From Azolla caroliniana (taxonomy: Eukaryota; Plantae; Polypodiophyta), in NCBI GenBank assembly GCA_043228905.1, contig JBHGNT010000002.1, positions 25,234,001-25,298,000 of the forward strand: DNA of 64,000 bases. The letters are read 5' to 3'. Positions 52,279-64,000 of this stretch are shown here, piece after piece; the first letter of the stretch is position 1, and the number at the start of each line of letters is the position of its first letter. The notes under the pieces are model-generated. The model made no database searches. It was not told the origin of the DNA and saw nothing but the letters and a program-made list of their open reading frames with translations. The position numbers and the translations under genes were made by a program.

Positions 52279-54775
52279 AGACGGGCCGGTTTTCTCCGTG
52301 CCAACTTAATTTGGCGCATGCCGGTGGATGCGCGGTTAGGTGGGGGCGGATGTCGTGAAGAAAACCGCCCACAAGGGGAAACGGCTCTACACGCACACGC
52401 GCGCCAAGAAGTACCTAAGGACGAAGTAGGTACATACGAGGATCCTAGGTGGGTAGATTCGGTTGGTATGCAGTTAATGCCAAACGGCCTCTTGACGGGC
52501 TATGAAAGGAAGAGGGAGAATAGAAGTGAGATATCTCGCGCGGAGAGGACGGAGTGCTGCGGAACCGATTTCGAAGCTCCTCTCTCACTCCTGCTCTCTC
52601 TGTCTTCTGCTCCATCGCGTACCTGTGCAGGTTTCGAGGAGGCTTGCGCTGTTCCGTGGAACGCCCCGAGTGCGTCCTGCAGCACCTCCGACCTGTTTTC
52701 CCCTTTCCGTGCGTCGCGACATACAGGGGTCGGCATCTGTTCGCCGCCCTGTTCGTTTTCGTTAGTATCTATTTCGTGCCCCACCGTGGGTTGTAACACT
52801 CTAGCTGTTATTTTCTTGCATTCATAAGTACATATCTTCCGTGGTTGCGTCCATCTGTGTCGGCGTTTATTTGTGATCTCTGTTTGTTGGGCCGTGTCCC
52901 TGTGCAATCTTCGGTTCTGTGTAATCGGGTCTCTCCTTCTCCTCTCTCTCTCTTGCTCTTCGGTCCAAGACCCCCGTGGTCCCTCCTCCTTTCTGCACGC
53001 AAGGGCGTAGCAACCCCGACAACGTTCCATCGGCATGATCGGCTTCTGCCCAAACATGAGCTCTGCCAGCATGAATCCGGTTACCGAACTGTGCGTAGTT
53101 CGGTCCGCCCACAACGCGTAAGGCAGCAACCGTGGCCAGTTCCCGACTTGACCTCCGCATGCCCGAACTAACGCCTTGACGATCGGTCCGTGTCCGCGCT
53201 CCACCTTCCCATTGGCCTCCGGATTGTACGCAGTGGTAAGCGAGAGCTTGACTCCTAGCCGGTCAAACAGCTCCTCGGCCTCTTCGACGTCCAACGCCCC
53301 GCGATCAGCCACGATCTTCCCGACGCACCTGTACCGGCATATCACGCCCTCAATCAGGAACCGACATACGGCCGCGGTCGTTTTGTTCTGAAGGGCTCGG
53401 CCTTCTACCTGGTTCGTCAGATCTTTCCGAGCCAGGACCATATACCGCATCTGTCCTACTCCCATCAGCATCGTCACCAGGTCTACCATCCATTTGAAGT
53501 GGATGGTCGGAGGGTACGTAGGGTGAAGCTCGTCCCGATGTCGGACTACGGAGTGCATCTGACAGCTCTCGCAAGTTGTCACGAACCGATGCACGTCCCG
53601 GTACAGTCCCGGCCACCAGTACTTCACCTTTATCTTCTCGAACGTGGCCCACGTTCCACGGTGTCCAGCCCAAGGGCTGTCGTGGTAGGCCATCAGCAGC
53701 TCCTCCTGTTCTTCCTTCATCGCCACCACCCGGAGCGGGACGCTGTTCCTCTTCTTCGGGTGCTTCCATAAGTATCCGTCCCGGAGAAATAATCGGTATG
53801 CTTTCTTTCGGATCCGGTTGGTCTCGTCCCTTGTCCATGACGCATCCGGCGTCATGGTCCTTAAGAAACCACTGATCTGCAGCCACTCGCCGTCGTACTT
53901 GCTCTCGTCGAAGCCGTTAAGCGTAGGAGTGCTCGTCCCATCGGTCGTCACGTACGTTGCCTCGAAGAAGTCCACGCCGACTTCTTCGTCCTCCGAAACC
54001 ATGCCGCCCTCATCATCAAACCTCGCCCTCGAAAGCATGTCGGCCATGGCGTTGTCCTTTCCGGAAATGTGTCGTATTTCCGGGTCCAGGGACTTGATGT
54101 ACGCTATCCACCTAAGCATTGCCAGGTCCGGTGACGCTCATCCGGACACCATGCCGAGAATTGGCAGGCAATCCGTCTCGATAATTACTTCTGTCCCGAT
54201 CAGGTAGTCTTTGCCGGCCTTTACTGCCGAAACGATACCCCAGAGTTCGCGTTTAACCTGGGCGTACCCTCGCTGTCGCTCACTGAGGACTTTCGCGCCG
54301 AATCGGATCGGGAACCGAATGCCGCCCTCGTCTTCTTGGTTGACGACCCATCCGATCCCGGTCGGACTCATATCCACCGTTATGTATACCGGGGTACCCT
54401 TCCCGTAGTCAGCCTTCCGGAGCGTCGGTGCTGCCGCAAGAGCTTCCTTCAGCTTCCGGACCGACTCCGTGTGCTCGTCTCGCCACTCGAATTTTCGCCC
54501 TTTCTTCAGCAACCCGTATAGCGGCTCCGCAACGTGGGCGTAATGCGGGATCCATATGTGGTAGAATGCGCACGCCCCCAGGAACCTCCGAACTTCCGTA
54601 ACCGAGCTACAGTCGGTCTTCATCGCGGAGATGGCTTCTACCTTTGCCGGAGACGGCTTCCGGCCATATGGTCCACATAGGTGTCCGACCACCAGGATTT
54701 CTGATTGCCCGAAGGCCGATTTCTCCCCGGACAAGGTGAGCCTCGCATCCGCTAGCCTTTGTAGCACCTTCTCGC

Positions 54776-57700
54776 TGTTGGGATTATGGTCCCTTTCGGA
54801 TGGGATGGTCGGATGTCCGAAGATGAATGCCGACAAGCCCGGTCTCGGTTTCGGAACCGGATGATGAAAACCCCGGTTTCGGAACCGGATGACGAATGTA
54901 CCCGGAGAGAGATCCGGATGCGGGGACATATCTGCGAATATGTTTGCCAAGGGCCCTTGAGGCTATAGTTGTAAATAGCCCTAAAGTCATATGCGTATAA
55001 ATATGACTTAGGGCAAACAGTTTTTTGTGTTGCTATTCATTTTTCTGTTTTTCCACTCTAGAGGAGTGAAGAGAGAGCAGCCGTGAGAGAGAGAGATAGA
55101 TCGCGAGAGTGAGAGGAAGAGGTCGACGCCTCTGTGTATTTCCGCCGCCTGTGGCGAGGACAGCGAGCCCAAGGTCGTCGCCTTGCAGCTCGCCATTGTA
55201 TACTTCTCTGTGCATAGTTTTGGTTCGGAGTCTTGTACTCCCGTGGTTTTTCCCGTACAGGGTTTTCCACGATAAATCGTGTGTCCTCTCTATTTTTCGC
55301 ATTTCCCATTTTCTGCAACAACGATTCGTGTGTTCACTTGGTTGCGGCCGAGCGGTGAAGTTTGGAAAGTCTCGTTTATTTTCATCAATTTGGTATCAGA
55401 GCGAGCTGCTGCAGAAAATGGAAGGCGGCGGCAGCGTGCAGCCGGGGATGATGGTGCTGAATGCGCAAAATTACGCCGACTGGAAGATCAAGATGGAGGA
55501 TCTTCTGATTGTTCGGGACCTGTACGAACCGATTGACAGGTCGGAAATACCGAAGGGGGTACTTGAGTCGGAATGGAGGCTTCTGAACCGGAAAGCCGTT
55601 GCAACCATTCGGCAATACGTAGACGTGAGCGTTCTACAACATGTGGCGAACGACACCAATGCATATGAGATGTGGCGGAAGCTGTCGGGCCTCTATGAGA
55701 GGAAGAATGCATTGAACCGGACCTCCCTGATGAGGAAGATCGTGAATCTCAAGTACCGGGATGGCGAGAGTATGGTGGAACACGTAAGCACGTTCATGGG
55801 ATTCGTGAATCAGCTTGCGGCGATCAAGTTCCCGTTGGAGGATGCAATGCAAGCCATCATCCTGATGTGTACATTGCCGGAAAGCTGGGAGAACTTGGTG
55901 GTGACTCTCAGCACCTCCTGCACCGAAGATAACTTGTCCCTACAAACGGTAAAGACAAGTATTTTGAACGAAGAAGCGCGTCGGAGAGATAAAGAACCGG
56001 CCTCCGACTCGAAGGCACTGCTTACCGAATCGGATCGGGGAAGACAATGGAACCGGAGTCCGCAAAGACGGGAGAAGTCGGGGACCCGGCCGCAGTCAAG
56101 AGGAAGGCCCACATGCTTCCACTGTGGGAAGCCGGGGCACTTCCGAAAGAATTGTCGGCATTACCGAAAAGACAACGGAGCCGACGACACCGATTCGAAG
56201 AAGTCACCGGAGAGAAACGGTGCATACCGGGGAGCCACGGACCGGAGAGGTTCGGATCGGCGAGGGCAGGACCGGAAAGGAACAACGGCACTCGCGGCAA
56301 GTGAGGAAGAAATCATGCTCATCACCGAAGAAAGTGAAGTAAACATTGCCGGCGATGAGACGACCTGGGTGGTCGATTCCGGAGCATCGTTCCACCTGAC
56401 CCCGGAGAGAAGATACTTCTCATCCTACACATCCGGTGAGCATGGCTGTGTTCGAATGGGAAATGAAGGTACGTGCCGGATTGCCGGCATCGGAGACGTG
56501 TGGTTGACAACCCCGACCGGATGCAAAATGCTGCTGAAGGATGTCCGACACGTTCCGGAGGTTCGATTGAACCTGATTTCGGCCGGGAGGCTAGACGATG
56601 AAGGCTACACAGGTAGCATCCGGAACGGCGTAATGAAGTTCAGCAAGGGGAGCCTGATAGTGGCTCGGGCCCGGAAAGACAACACATTGTACCTTATGAA
56701 TGCCTGGTTGTGTCCGGAAGAGTTGAATGTGGCAGCCGACACTGCCGGTGAGCTGTGGCACAAGAGACTGTGCCACATGAGTGAGAAGGGGATGAAGAGG
56801 CTTGCAGAAGACAACCTTATTCCAGTGAAGCACGTGCACCTGGAGAAGTGCACCGATTGCCTGGCCGGTAAGCAGAACCGAACCTCCTTCCACTCAAGGC
56901 CACCGACGAGACATAGCGCACCATTGGAGTTGGTGCACACCGATGTGTGTCAGGTAGAAACGAAGTCACATGGTGGAGCCCAGTACTTCGTAACATTCAT
57001 AGATGATCATAGCCGAAGACTGTGGACGGCACCGATGAAGACAAAGGACCAAGTGTTGTCCATCTTCAAAGAACTCCACGCGAGAGTGGAAAGAGAATCC
57101 GGCAAGAAGCTGAAAGCGATACGAGCGGATAACGGAGGGGAATACCGGGGACAGTTCCAGGAGTACTGTCGCTCGAAGGGAATCCGGCTCGAGTTTACTG
57201 TGCCGAAGACGCCGGAACTGAACGGGCTGGCCGAGAGGATGAACCGGACCATAATGGAGAGGGTCCGGAGTATGCTGGCGCATGCGAAATTACCCAAGGG
57301 GTTTTGGGCTGAGGCAATGTCGACGGCGACATATGTGATAAACCGATCACCCTCAGTACCTTTGGACGGAGACACGCCGCAGAGAGTGTGGACCGGTAGG
57401 GAAGTATCTTACCGGCATATGAAGGTGTTCGGGTGTCTCGCATACGTGCATGTGGCAAAGGACCGGAGAGGAAAGCTAGATCCAAAGACCCGGCCATGCA
57501 TATTCCTCGGTTACGGCGACGACGAGTTCGGCTACCGAGTATGGGACCCGGTCGACAAGAAGATATTCAGGAGTCGAGATATCATCTTCATGGAGAACAA
57601 GACACTCGCCGACTGGGAGTCGGAGAAGAAGATGAAGAGCTCCAAGTCGACCGGTGAGGATCAACTCTACGAGGAGCATTCCCGACCGGCAAGGGACCGG

Positions 57701-60116
57701 TTAGCACTCGAGGATCCGGCCGAAGACGGTGAAGAAACAGAACCGGCCGAAGAAGATGAAAATGATACCGGAACCGGCTCCGATCCCGAAATGGATTCGG
57801 ATGAAGAAGAAGATTCGGAAGAACCGGTTACCGAAGCTCCCGAACGGAGATATCCTCTAAGAGAGAGGAGGGCCCCCCGGAGATTTCCGGATCCAGAGCA
57901 CGTGCTGCTAACCGACGAGGGGGAGCCGGAGAGCTTTGAAGAAGCAAAACATGACACCCAGAGCCGCAGGTGGTTGAGTGCCATGCAGGACGAGATGGAT
58001 TCCCTGCATGAGAACCACACATATGAACTTGTGGAGTTGCCGAAAGGAAAACGGGCACTCCGTAACAAGTGGGTGTTCAAGCTGAAACCGGGAGTTGCCG
58101 GAAACCCCCCGAGATACAAAGCCAGGATCGTGGTGAAGGGGTTTCAGCAAAAGAAGGGCGTCGACTTCGACGAGATATTTGCCCCGGTAGTGAAGATGAC
58201 CTCCATCCGGACGGTGCTGAGCATAGCGGCAAGCATGGACCTCGAGGTAGAACAGATGGACGTGAAGACGGCATTCCTTCACGGTGACCTCGATGAAGAG
58301 ATCTACATGCAGCAACCGGAAGGATTCGAGAAGAAAGGGAAGGAGCACCTGGTATGCCGGTTGAAGAAGAGCCTTTACGGACTGAAGCAGGCTCCCCGGC
58401 AATGGTACCGGAAGTTCGACTCCTTCATGACCGACGAAGGGTATCTCAAAACGCAGTCCGACCACTGCGTGTTTGTGAAGAAGTTCGAAGGAGGAGACTT
58501 TCTAATACTCCTCCTGTACGTGGACGACATGTTGATCGTCGGACGGGACCAGGTCAAGATACGGATGCTGAAGAAGGCTCTTCACCGAACCTTCTCAATG
58601 AAGGACCTGGGTCCGGCGAGACAAATACTAGGGATGCACATCATCCGGGACCGGAAGAAGAAGCAGTTGTGGCTGTCACAGGAGAAGTACGTGACAAAGG
58701 TGCTTCACCGGTTCAACATGTCTGAAGCAAGACCGGTCGGGTCAACACTCCCGACAAACTGCAAGCTGTCCAGCAAGCAAAGCCCCAAGACAAAGACTGA
58801 GAAGGAGGACATGATGAAAGTACCATATGCCTCTGCCGTCGGGAGCTTGATGTACGCAATGGTGTGTACCCGACCGGACATCGGATATGCAGTCGGAGTG
58901 GTGAGCCGGTACATGAGCAATCCCGGCAAAGAGCATTGGAACGCGGCCAAGTGGATACTCCGATACCTGAAGGGCACGGCAAACGTGTGCCTCCGATTCG
59001 GCTCCGGTAAGCCCGAACTCGACGGCTTCACCGATTCGGATATGTCGGCTGATACAGATACCAGCCGGTCCACATCAGGGTATGTGATGACGTATGCAGG
59101 GGGAGCTGTTTCATGGCAGTCGAGGTTGCAGAAGACGGTTGCGTTGTCAACCACGGAGGCGGAGTACATGGCGGCTGTTGAAGCCGGCAAGGAAATGATA
59201 TGGATGAAGGACTTCATCAGAGAGCTCGGTATCCGACAGGAGGAGTACCGACTCTACTGCGACAGTCAGAGCGCAATCCACCTTGCGAAGAACGCGGCCT
59301 ATCACTCCCGGACGAAGCACATCCAGCGAAGATATCACTGGATCCGGGAAAGGATAGAAGACAAGGAGTTCGTGCTGACGAAGATCCACACGGACGAGAA
59401 CGGGTCGGATATGCTGACCAAGGTGCTCACACCCGACAAGCTGGAAGCATGCCGGAAGAGGATAGGATTGGAGAGACATCCCATACCGAAGTGAAGGGGG
59501 AGTTTGTTGGGATTATGGTCCCTTTCGGATGGGATGGTCGGATGTCCGAAGATAAATGCCGACAAGCCCGGTCTCGGTTTCGGAACCGGATGATGAAAAC
59601 CCCGGTTTCGGAACCGGATGACGAATGTACCCGGAGAGAGATCCGGATGCGGGGACATATCTGCGAATATGTTTGCCAAGGGCCCTTGAGGCTATAGTTG
59701 TAAATAGCCCTAAAGTCATATGCGTATAAATATGACTTAGGGCAAACAGTTTTTTGTGTTGCTATTCATTTTTCTGTTTTTCCACTCTAGAGGAGTGAAG
59801 AGAGAGCAGCCGTGAGAGAGAGAGATAGATCGCGAGAGTGAGAGGAAGAGGTCGACGCCTCTGTGTATTTCCGCCGCCTGTGGCGAGGACAGCGAGCCCA
59901 AGGTCGTCGCCTTGCAGCTCGCCATTGTATACTTCTCTGTGCATAGTTTTGGTTCGGAGTCTTGTACTCCCGTGGTTTTTCCCGTACAGGGTTTTCCACG
60001 ATAAATCGTGTGTCCTCTCTATTTTTCGCATTTCCCATTTTCTGCAACAACGATTCGTGTGTTCACTTGGTTGCGGCCGAGCGGTGAAGTTTGGAAAGTC
60101 TCGTTTATTTTCATCA
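54776..60116 (+). mobile_element. Intact, recent Ty1/Copia element (Tork/Tnt1-like)
   Basis: 612-bp LTRs at 54776-55387 and 59505-60116, one difference seen. Perfect TSD CTCGC. PBS TGGTATCAGAGC at 55391, PPT GAAGGGGGAG at 59493-59502. Confidence 0.97.
55418..59494 (+). CDS. Copia Gag-Pol polyprotein, 1358 aa
   Basis: Uninterrupted ORF from the ATG after the PBS, with CFHCGKPGHFRKNC, WVVDSGASFH, WHKRLCH, NGLAER, YVDDML and STTEAEY. Confidence 0.96.
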   Translation: MEGGGSVQPGMMVLNAQNYADWKIKMEDLLIVRDLYEPIDRSEIPKGVLESEWRLLNRKAVATIRQYVDVSVLQHVANDTNAYEMWRKLSGLYERKNALNRTSLMRKIVNLKYRDGESMVEHVSTFMGFVNQLAAIKFPLEDAMQAIILMCTLPESWENLVVTLSTSCTEDNLSLQTVKTSILNEEARRRDKEPASDSKALLTESDRGRQWNRSPQRREKSGTRPQSRGRPTCFHCGKPGHFRKNCRHYRKDNGADDTDSKKSPERNGAYRGATDRRGSDRRGQDRKGTTALAASEEEIMLITEESEVNIAGDETTWVVDSGASFHLTPERRYFSSYTSGEHGCVRMGNEGTCRIAGIGDVWLTTPTGCKMLLKDVRHVPEVRLNLISAGRLDDEGYTGSIRNGVMKFSKGSLIVARARKDNTLYLMNAWLCPEELNVAADTAGELWHKRLCHMSEKGMKRLAEDNLIPVKHVHLEKCTDCLAGKQNRTSFHSRPPTRHSAPLELVHTDVCQVETKSHGGAQYFVTFIDDHSRRLWTAPMKTKDQVLSIFKELHARVERESGKKLKAIRADNGGEYRGQFQEYCRSKGIRLEFTVPKTPELNGLAERMNRTIMERVRSMLAHAKLPKGFWAEAMSTATYVINRSPSVPLDGDTPQRVWTGREVSYRHMKVFGCLAYVHVAKDRRGKLDPKTRPCIFLGYGDDEFGYRVWDPVDKKIFRSRDIIFMENKTLADWESEKKMKSSKSTGEDQLYEEHSRPARDRLALEDPAEDGEETEPAEEDENDTGTGSDPEMDSDEEEDSEEPVTEAPERRYPLRERRAPRRFPDPEHVLLTDEGEPESFEEAKHDTQSRRWLSAMQDEMDSLHENHTYELVELPKGKRALRNKWVFKLKPGVAGNPPRYKARIVVKGFQQKKGVDFDEIFAPVVKMTSIRTVLSIAASMDLEVEQMDVKTAFLHGDLDEEIYMQQPEGFEKKGKEHLVCRLKKSLYGLKQAPRQWYRKFDSFMTDEGYLKTQSDHCVFVKKFEGGDFLILLLYVDDMLIVGRDQVKIRMLKKALHRTFSMKDLGPARQILGMHIIRDRKKKQLWLSQEKYVTKVLHRFNMSEARPVGSTLPTNCKLSSKQSPKTKTEKEDMMKVPYASAVGSLMYAMVCTRPDIGYAVGVVSRYMSNPGKEHWNAAKWILRYLKGTANVCLRFGSGKPELDGFTDSDMSADTDTSRSTSGYVMTYAGGAVSWQSRLQKTVALSTTEAEYMAAVEAGKEMIWMKDFIRELGIRQEEYRLYCDSQSAIHLAKNAAYHSRTKHIQRRYHWIRERIEDKEFVLTKIHTDENGSDMLTKVLTPDKLEACRKRIGLERHPIPK

Positions 60117-63100
60117 CTCGCAGTCGTCGATGTGTGTTGCCACGAATCGCCGGCATCCATCCGGTCCGAGTGTTGCGTCCTTCTCTTCCACTGGGCACCC
60201 CTTGATCGGGATGTCGTCTAGAAATGGCATGGTGATGTCCGGGATGCAATCCCTCAGTACCTTGTTCATTGCATTCACCATGTGGGCCACCAAGTTGGTC
60301 CCTCCTTGTGGCAGGGTACACATTCGCACTAGGCCGAGGGGTGTTCGCATCGTCGTAATGTCTCTGCTCTCCACGGCTAGCTGGAACTGGTCGTACCCCG
60401 AGTACAGATCACCGACCGAATAGATCGACCTTCCGGCGAAGGCCTCCGCGAACTCGTCTATGGTCGGTCTGATTCCTGCGTTCTGAAGCGCAATGTTCCG
60501 TTTTTCTTTGGTACGGTAAACCATCGGTTCGAGTATGGCGCGCTCGACGGTTCGAGAATACCCATATCGACTTTTTGCCTCAGTAGCTCCATCAACTCCG
60601 GGATGTGAGCTCTCGGTACTGGAATCGGCTTGAGATTCCACGGCACATGCGGTACCGTGAATATCACCATCGGCTCCACGATCGTCGGGTCTACGCACCC
60701 GATCTCTTCCGGTGAGAATGCGAAGGCCTTTCCGTGCCTTCCGAGCATTCTCCGAAACCGGTCTCCCTCCGCCGGCAATAGGAACCCGCCCCCACCGATC
60801 TTGAGCTCCCGGAGCGTCCCGTCGGTGAAGGTGTGTCCTATGCAGGCCGGATCTCGTAAACTGGGGTCCGACGCAACCCCTCTGATTCGGGACTCGCTGC
60901 CCTTCGGTAAGGGTCCCGCGACTGGTCTTACCTTCCGGTCCACAATCTTGTACTTCGTGCTAACTCGGGCTGTCCGATCCGACCGGAGCCCCTGGCTTAA
61001 GTTCGCGATGACTTCGTACATCTCTTCGGAATATACCGGTATCGTCCGGTCTTCGGTAAGGTCTTCTCCGGCTACCTTCCTTAGCATCCCCAAGGTGTCG
61101 TCGAAGGAGACCACCTCCACGGCCCCGCTGACTTCCTCGTCCGGGCCGAGAACTCCGCACGCTCGAAGTCGCTCCTCCGCCCTTGCCCTTTCTCGGCCAA
61201 CGATGCCGACTATCATGCACCCTCCGTTGTTGGAGAAGCAGAATTTTCTACCTATCGTACAAGGTTTCTTCGGTTTTGGTTCTGTCGTACAGTTGTGGGG
61301 TCTTTCCCGAGTGTCCGGACTGTCTCGGCCCCACGCCTTGGCAGCCCTCTCTAAAAATCCTCCCGGTTCTCGCCACCGAGGGATTCGCGGTTTCACTCGT
61401 GGTTCGGTCGCACCGTCAGAAATTGGACCGAATGGCGCTCGTCCTGGCTTTTGACCCTCGCGTAGGCCGAACCGTTGTCTAGCACCTTGGTCTCCATCCG
61501 CGCCGCCGTGATGTATGGTTCCCCTAATATGACCGGGTGCGAGGACGTCTCCTGTACGAAAAAGTGCTGGTAAATCTCGACGTCGCCCATCTTGACTCGC
61601 ACGTTCGGGCAGGCCCCGTGCAGTTCCTCGGTGGCGCGTGTCGCCGCTCGTATCTTCCACCCGTGCTTGGTGTTGATCGGCCACTTTCCCTTCTTATAGA
61701 AGTCCATGGACATCAGGTTTATTTCCGAACCGTGGTCCACCAATGCCACCACCGGTTCCTGAACATCGCCGATCTTTACCAGGGTCTCCGTGGTCGCTCG
61801 GGCCCAGTGCGGCCTTGAATAGTGGCTCTCCGCCCACTCATCTTCCAGCGCCATGTCGTCGATGTGCGTCGTCCGCACCTCCACCGGTCTTTCCGGTTCC
61901 GTCTCCGTCGACAGCCTCTTCCGTTTCACTAAGTCCACAATGGAGTCATGGAACTCCTTCTTGGCGATCCCTAGCACCTCCCGCAATGACAGCTCCACTT
62001 TGCTGTCGAGGATCCGTTCTTCTAGGACCTTTCGTAGGTTCGTAGTCCTTTCTATTTCCGTCCCTAGTCGGTATCCGCCCTTCCTGGGGTTATCTTGCGA
62101 GCTGGACCCACCGGCATCGTTCCGTCGTTGCCCGAATCGGGTCTCGTACCGTTGTGAGGGCTCGGCCGCTCCGGCTTTCCCCATTCGTTTGTCTTCTACC
62201 AGAGCCTCGTAGTTCCGGCAGGCGGCTTCTACGAAGCCTGTCTTCTCCTCGACCGGATCGCTCCACCCGGTTATTTCCCGGACCCGTCTCTCAGCGCGGT
62301 CCGTTTCATCTTTCCTCAGTCGTGCGCCGGCGAGGCCTTCCAGCATTGCCGACCAGAATCCGTCTTTGCTCTCCTTTTGGGCCTCGCTGCCCCCGACCCG
62401 AATACCGGCCGACGCCGAGTAGTGGATGGCCTCCACGTGTCGGGCCGTTGCCTCTTCCATCAGTCTCTTCATACCTCCTCGCCCGTCATTTCGGTTTAGG
62501 GCCCTCCTGGTGTCACCGGCGTGCACCCGACCTTCCCACAGGTACACCACCCGGTTCCTCAACGCCTCTGCGAAATTGCCGCAGTCCTTCCGAATGTGGC
62601 CGACCTCGTCGCACCACATGCACCTGTTCCCCGCAGCCGGTCGTCGGTCACGAGCCGGTTCGCCGCCTTCCCTTCGAGTCTGGGCGATCTGGAGATCCTT
62701 TATCGCCCGCGTCAACTCCTCCAGCGCTGCTCCTCCGGACGAGCCACTGACCATGCCGGTCGAAGCCGGACCGGTTTCGAGCCATTCCCGGGTTTCTTCC
62801 CTTCGCCCTTGCGGTGCCGGTTCAAGCCTCCTTGCTGTGACAGAGCCCGCACCAGCCGCCCCGTTGTCAGCCCATTCTCGCCGTTTGTCGAAACGGCCAC
62901 AGACTCTCTTAACCGCAGCCCAGTCGGTCGTCAGCCCGTCTTCGGTTTCCAACAAGGAGCCGACTTGATCCCGGTCCCGCTCGTCCACCAACTTGACGAA
63001 CAGTAGGACCTGGCTCGTATCCAGAACGGTTCGGTCAAGCGCCGAAAGGCGCGCAAAGCGTTCTTCGAACTCCCGGAGGAGTGCCGACGCGTTTCTTCCC

Positions 63101-64000
63101 TTGCCGGGGGACTCCACCCATTCCATGAAGTCTCGTTTTGAAAGCCGGAGCGCGTCGTCCAGCCCGTATTTTTCTAGGAGTCGGCCTTCGAACTCCTCCT
63201 AGGTACGGCTCTCCGCTCGCACCTCGAGCACCTCCGCATGGATGCTCGACATCGCCACTCGAGGAAACCCGGCAAGACGCCTCTCTTCCGGAATGTCCCG
63301 CATCAGCATTTCTGCCCCGTAGGACGCCAAATACTTCGTGGCATCCTTTCCGCTGAACCGGCCGATTGTACCGACGACCACCTCAATGGCTCTGTTGAGG
63401 GCGCCGGTGCCCTCGCGTGCGCTCAATATCCGATCCACGGCCGAAGCCATGGCCTCCGCAAGATCCGACCGCTTCATCTTCTGTTCTTCTGCCGCCTCCT
63501 TCACGTCGGGTTCACCAAGATGTCAAGGTATCCCTCGCGGATGCGTGGAATGAGGCGGGACCTTGGGGGTCTTGTACCGAAGAGCAATAGAGAAAGGAGA
63601 GGGAAAGGACCCACTACGTGCGAGCGTAGATCCACTGGGACACGGCCCTTCGACACGAAGACACAAGCAGGGAAACAAACACAGAGAGGCACGAAGGTAT
63701 GTATGTATATATTAACAGAGACAAACAACAAGAAGCACGAAGTCGGTTACAACCGAACAGGCCGGTGAACAGATGCCGATGCCTGTTCGCAAACGCTCAG
63801 AAAGAAAGGAGTAGGTTGGAGGTGCTGCCGGAAGCACTCGGGTGTTCCTCAGAGCAGCGCGAGCCTCCCGAAACCTGCACAGAAAGAAGCTACGGAGAGT
63901 ATGGAAGAGAGAAAAGCCTTCGACCGACAACCCGACAACACTTCGTCCTCTCTGTTTCCGCGATCCCCCTCTCCCCTCCTCGTCTCCCTCCTTTTATATG

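Larger units (their letters stand above)
45951..53021 (+). mobile_element. Inner, recent Ylt1-like Ty3/Gypsy element
   Basis: 671-bp LTRs at 45951-46621 and 52351-53021, one difference seen. 4-bp TSD ACGT. PBS TGGTGAACCCGACGTGAA 46625-46642, PPT 52336-52350. Confidence 0.93.
44770..64000 (-). mobile_element. Outer Ylt1-like (fungal-type non-chromovirus) Ty3/Gypsy element, mildly decayed, running off the window
   Basis: 3-prime LTR 44770-45399, 5-prime LTR from 63521. PPT 45400-45415, tRNA-Trp PBS 63500-63517. Coding pieces at 63504-60117, 54775-53022 and 45950-45473, with premature stops at 63199, 61393 and 54138. Confidence 0.9.

Noticed and set aside
55109-55417. N-terminal extension of the Copia ORF
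   Set aside because: It lies in the LTR and PBS. The real start is the ATG at 55418.
46100-63900. Numerous long antisense and overlapping ORFs, including 52500-54119 and 54138-54950 as novel genes
   Set aside because: They are explained by GC-rich codon bias and read-through across nested LTR junctions.

Overview
Eukaryotic, repeat-rich nuclear DNA from a land plant, most plausibly a fern or other non-seed plant. This is inferred from the PLS-class PPR genes, dense GA/CA/TA microsatellites and TE lineages typical of non-seed plants. The left third holds host genes on the minus strand: a 4-exon DCD-domain gene (3673-6865), an intact PLS-E PPR gene (23233-25896) and a decayed PPR paralog. The rest is three nested transposon stacks. 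(1) A decayed Copia (12880-19350) carries a second Copia and a LINE. (2) A decayed Tcn1/Tf1-type chromovirus (27977-43188) carries a Penelope-like retroelement with a hammerhead ribozyme, an intact plant chromovirus and two solo LTRs. (3) A GC-rich fungal-type (Ylt1-like) Ty3 element (44770 to beyond 64000) carries a younger relative and an intact Tork/Tnt1-like Copia. Best leads: the Penelope element with a hammerhead and no C-terminal endonuclease; a chromovirus LTR combining an antisense tRNA-like cassette, a perfect heat-shock element and apparent self-priming; a Ty3 family with 4-bp TSDs, tRNA-Trp priming, a DHG protease and a -1 frameshift placed after the protease; and a LINE whose ends all abut (CT)n. 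All calls were made by eye and no database searches were run.
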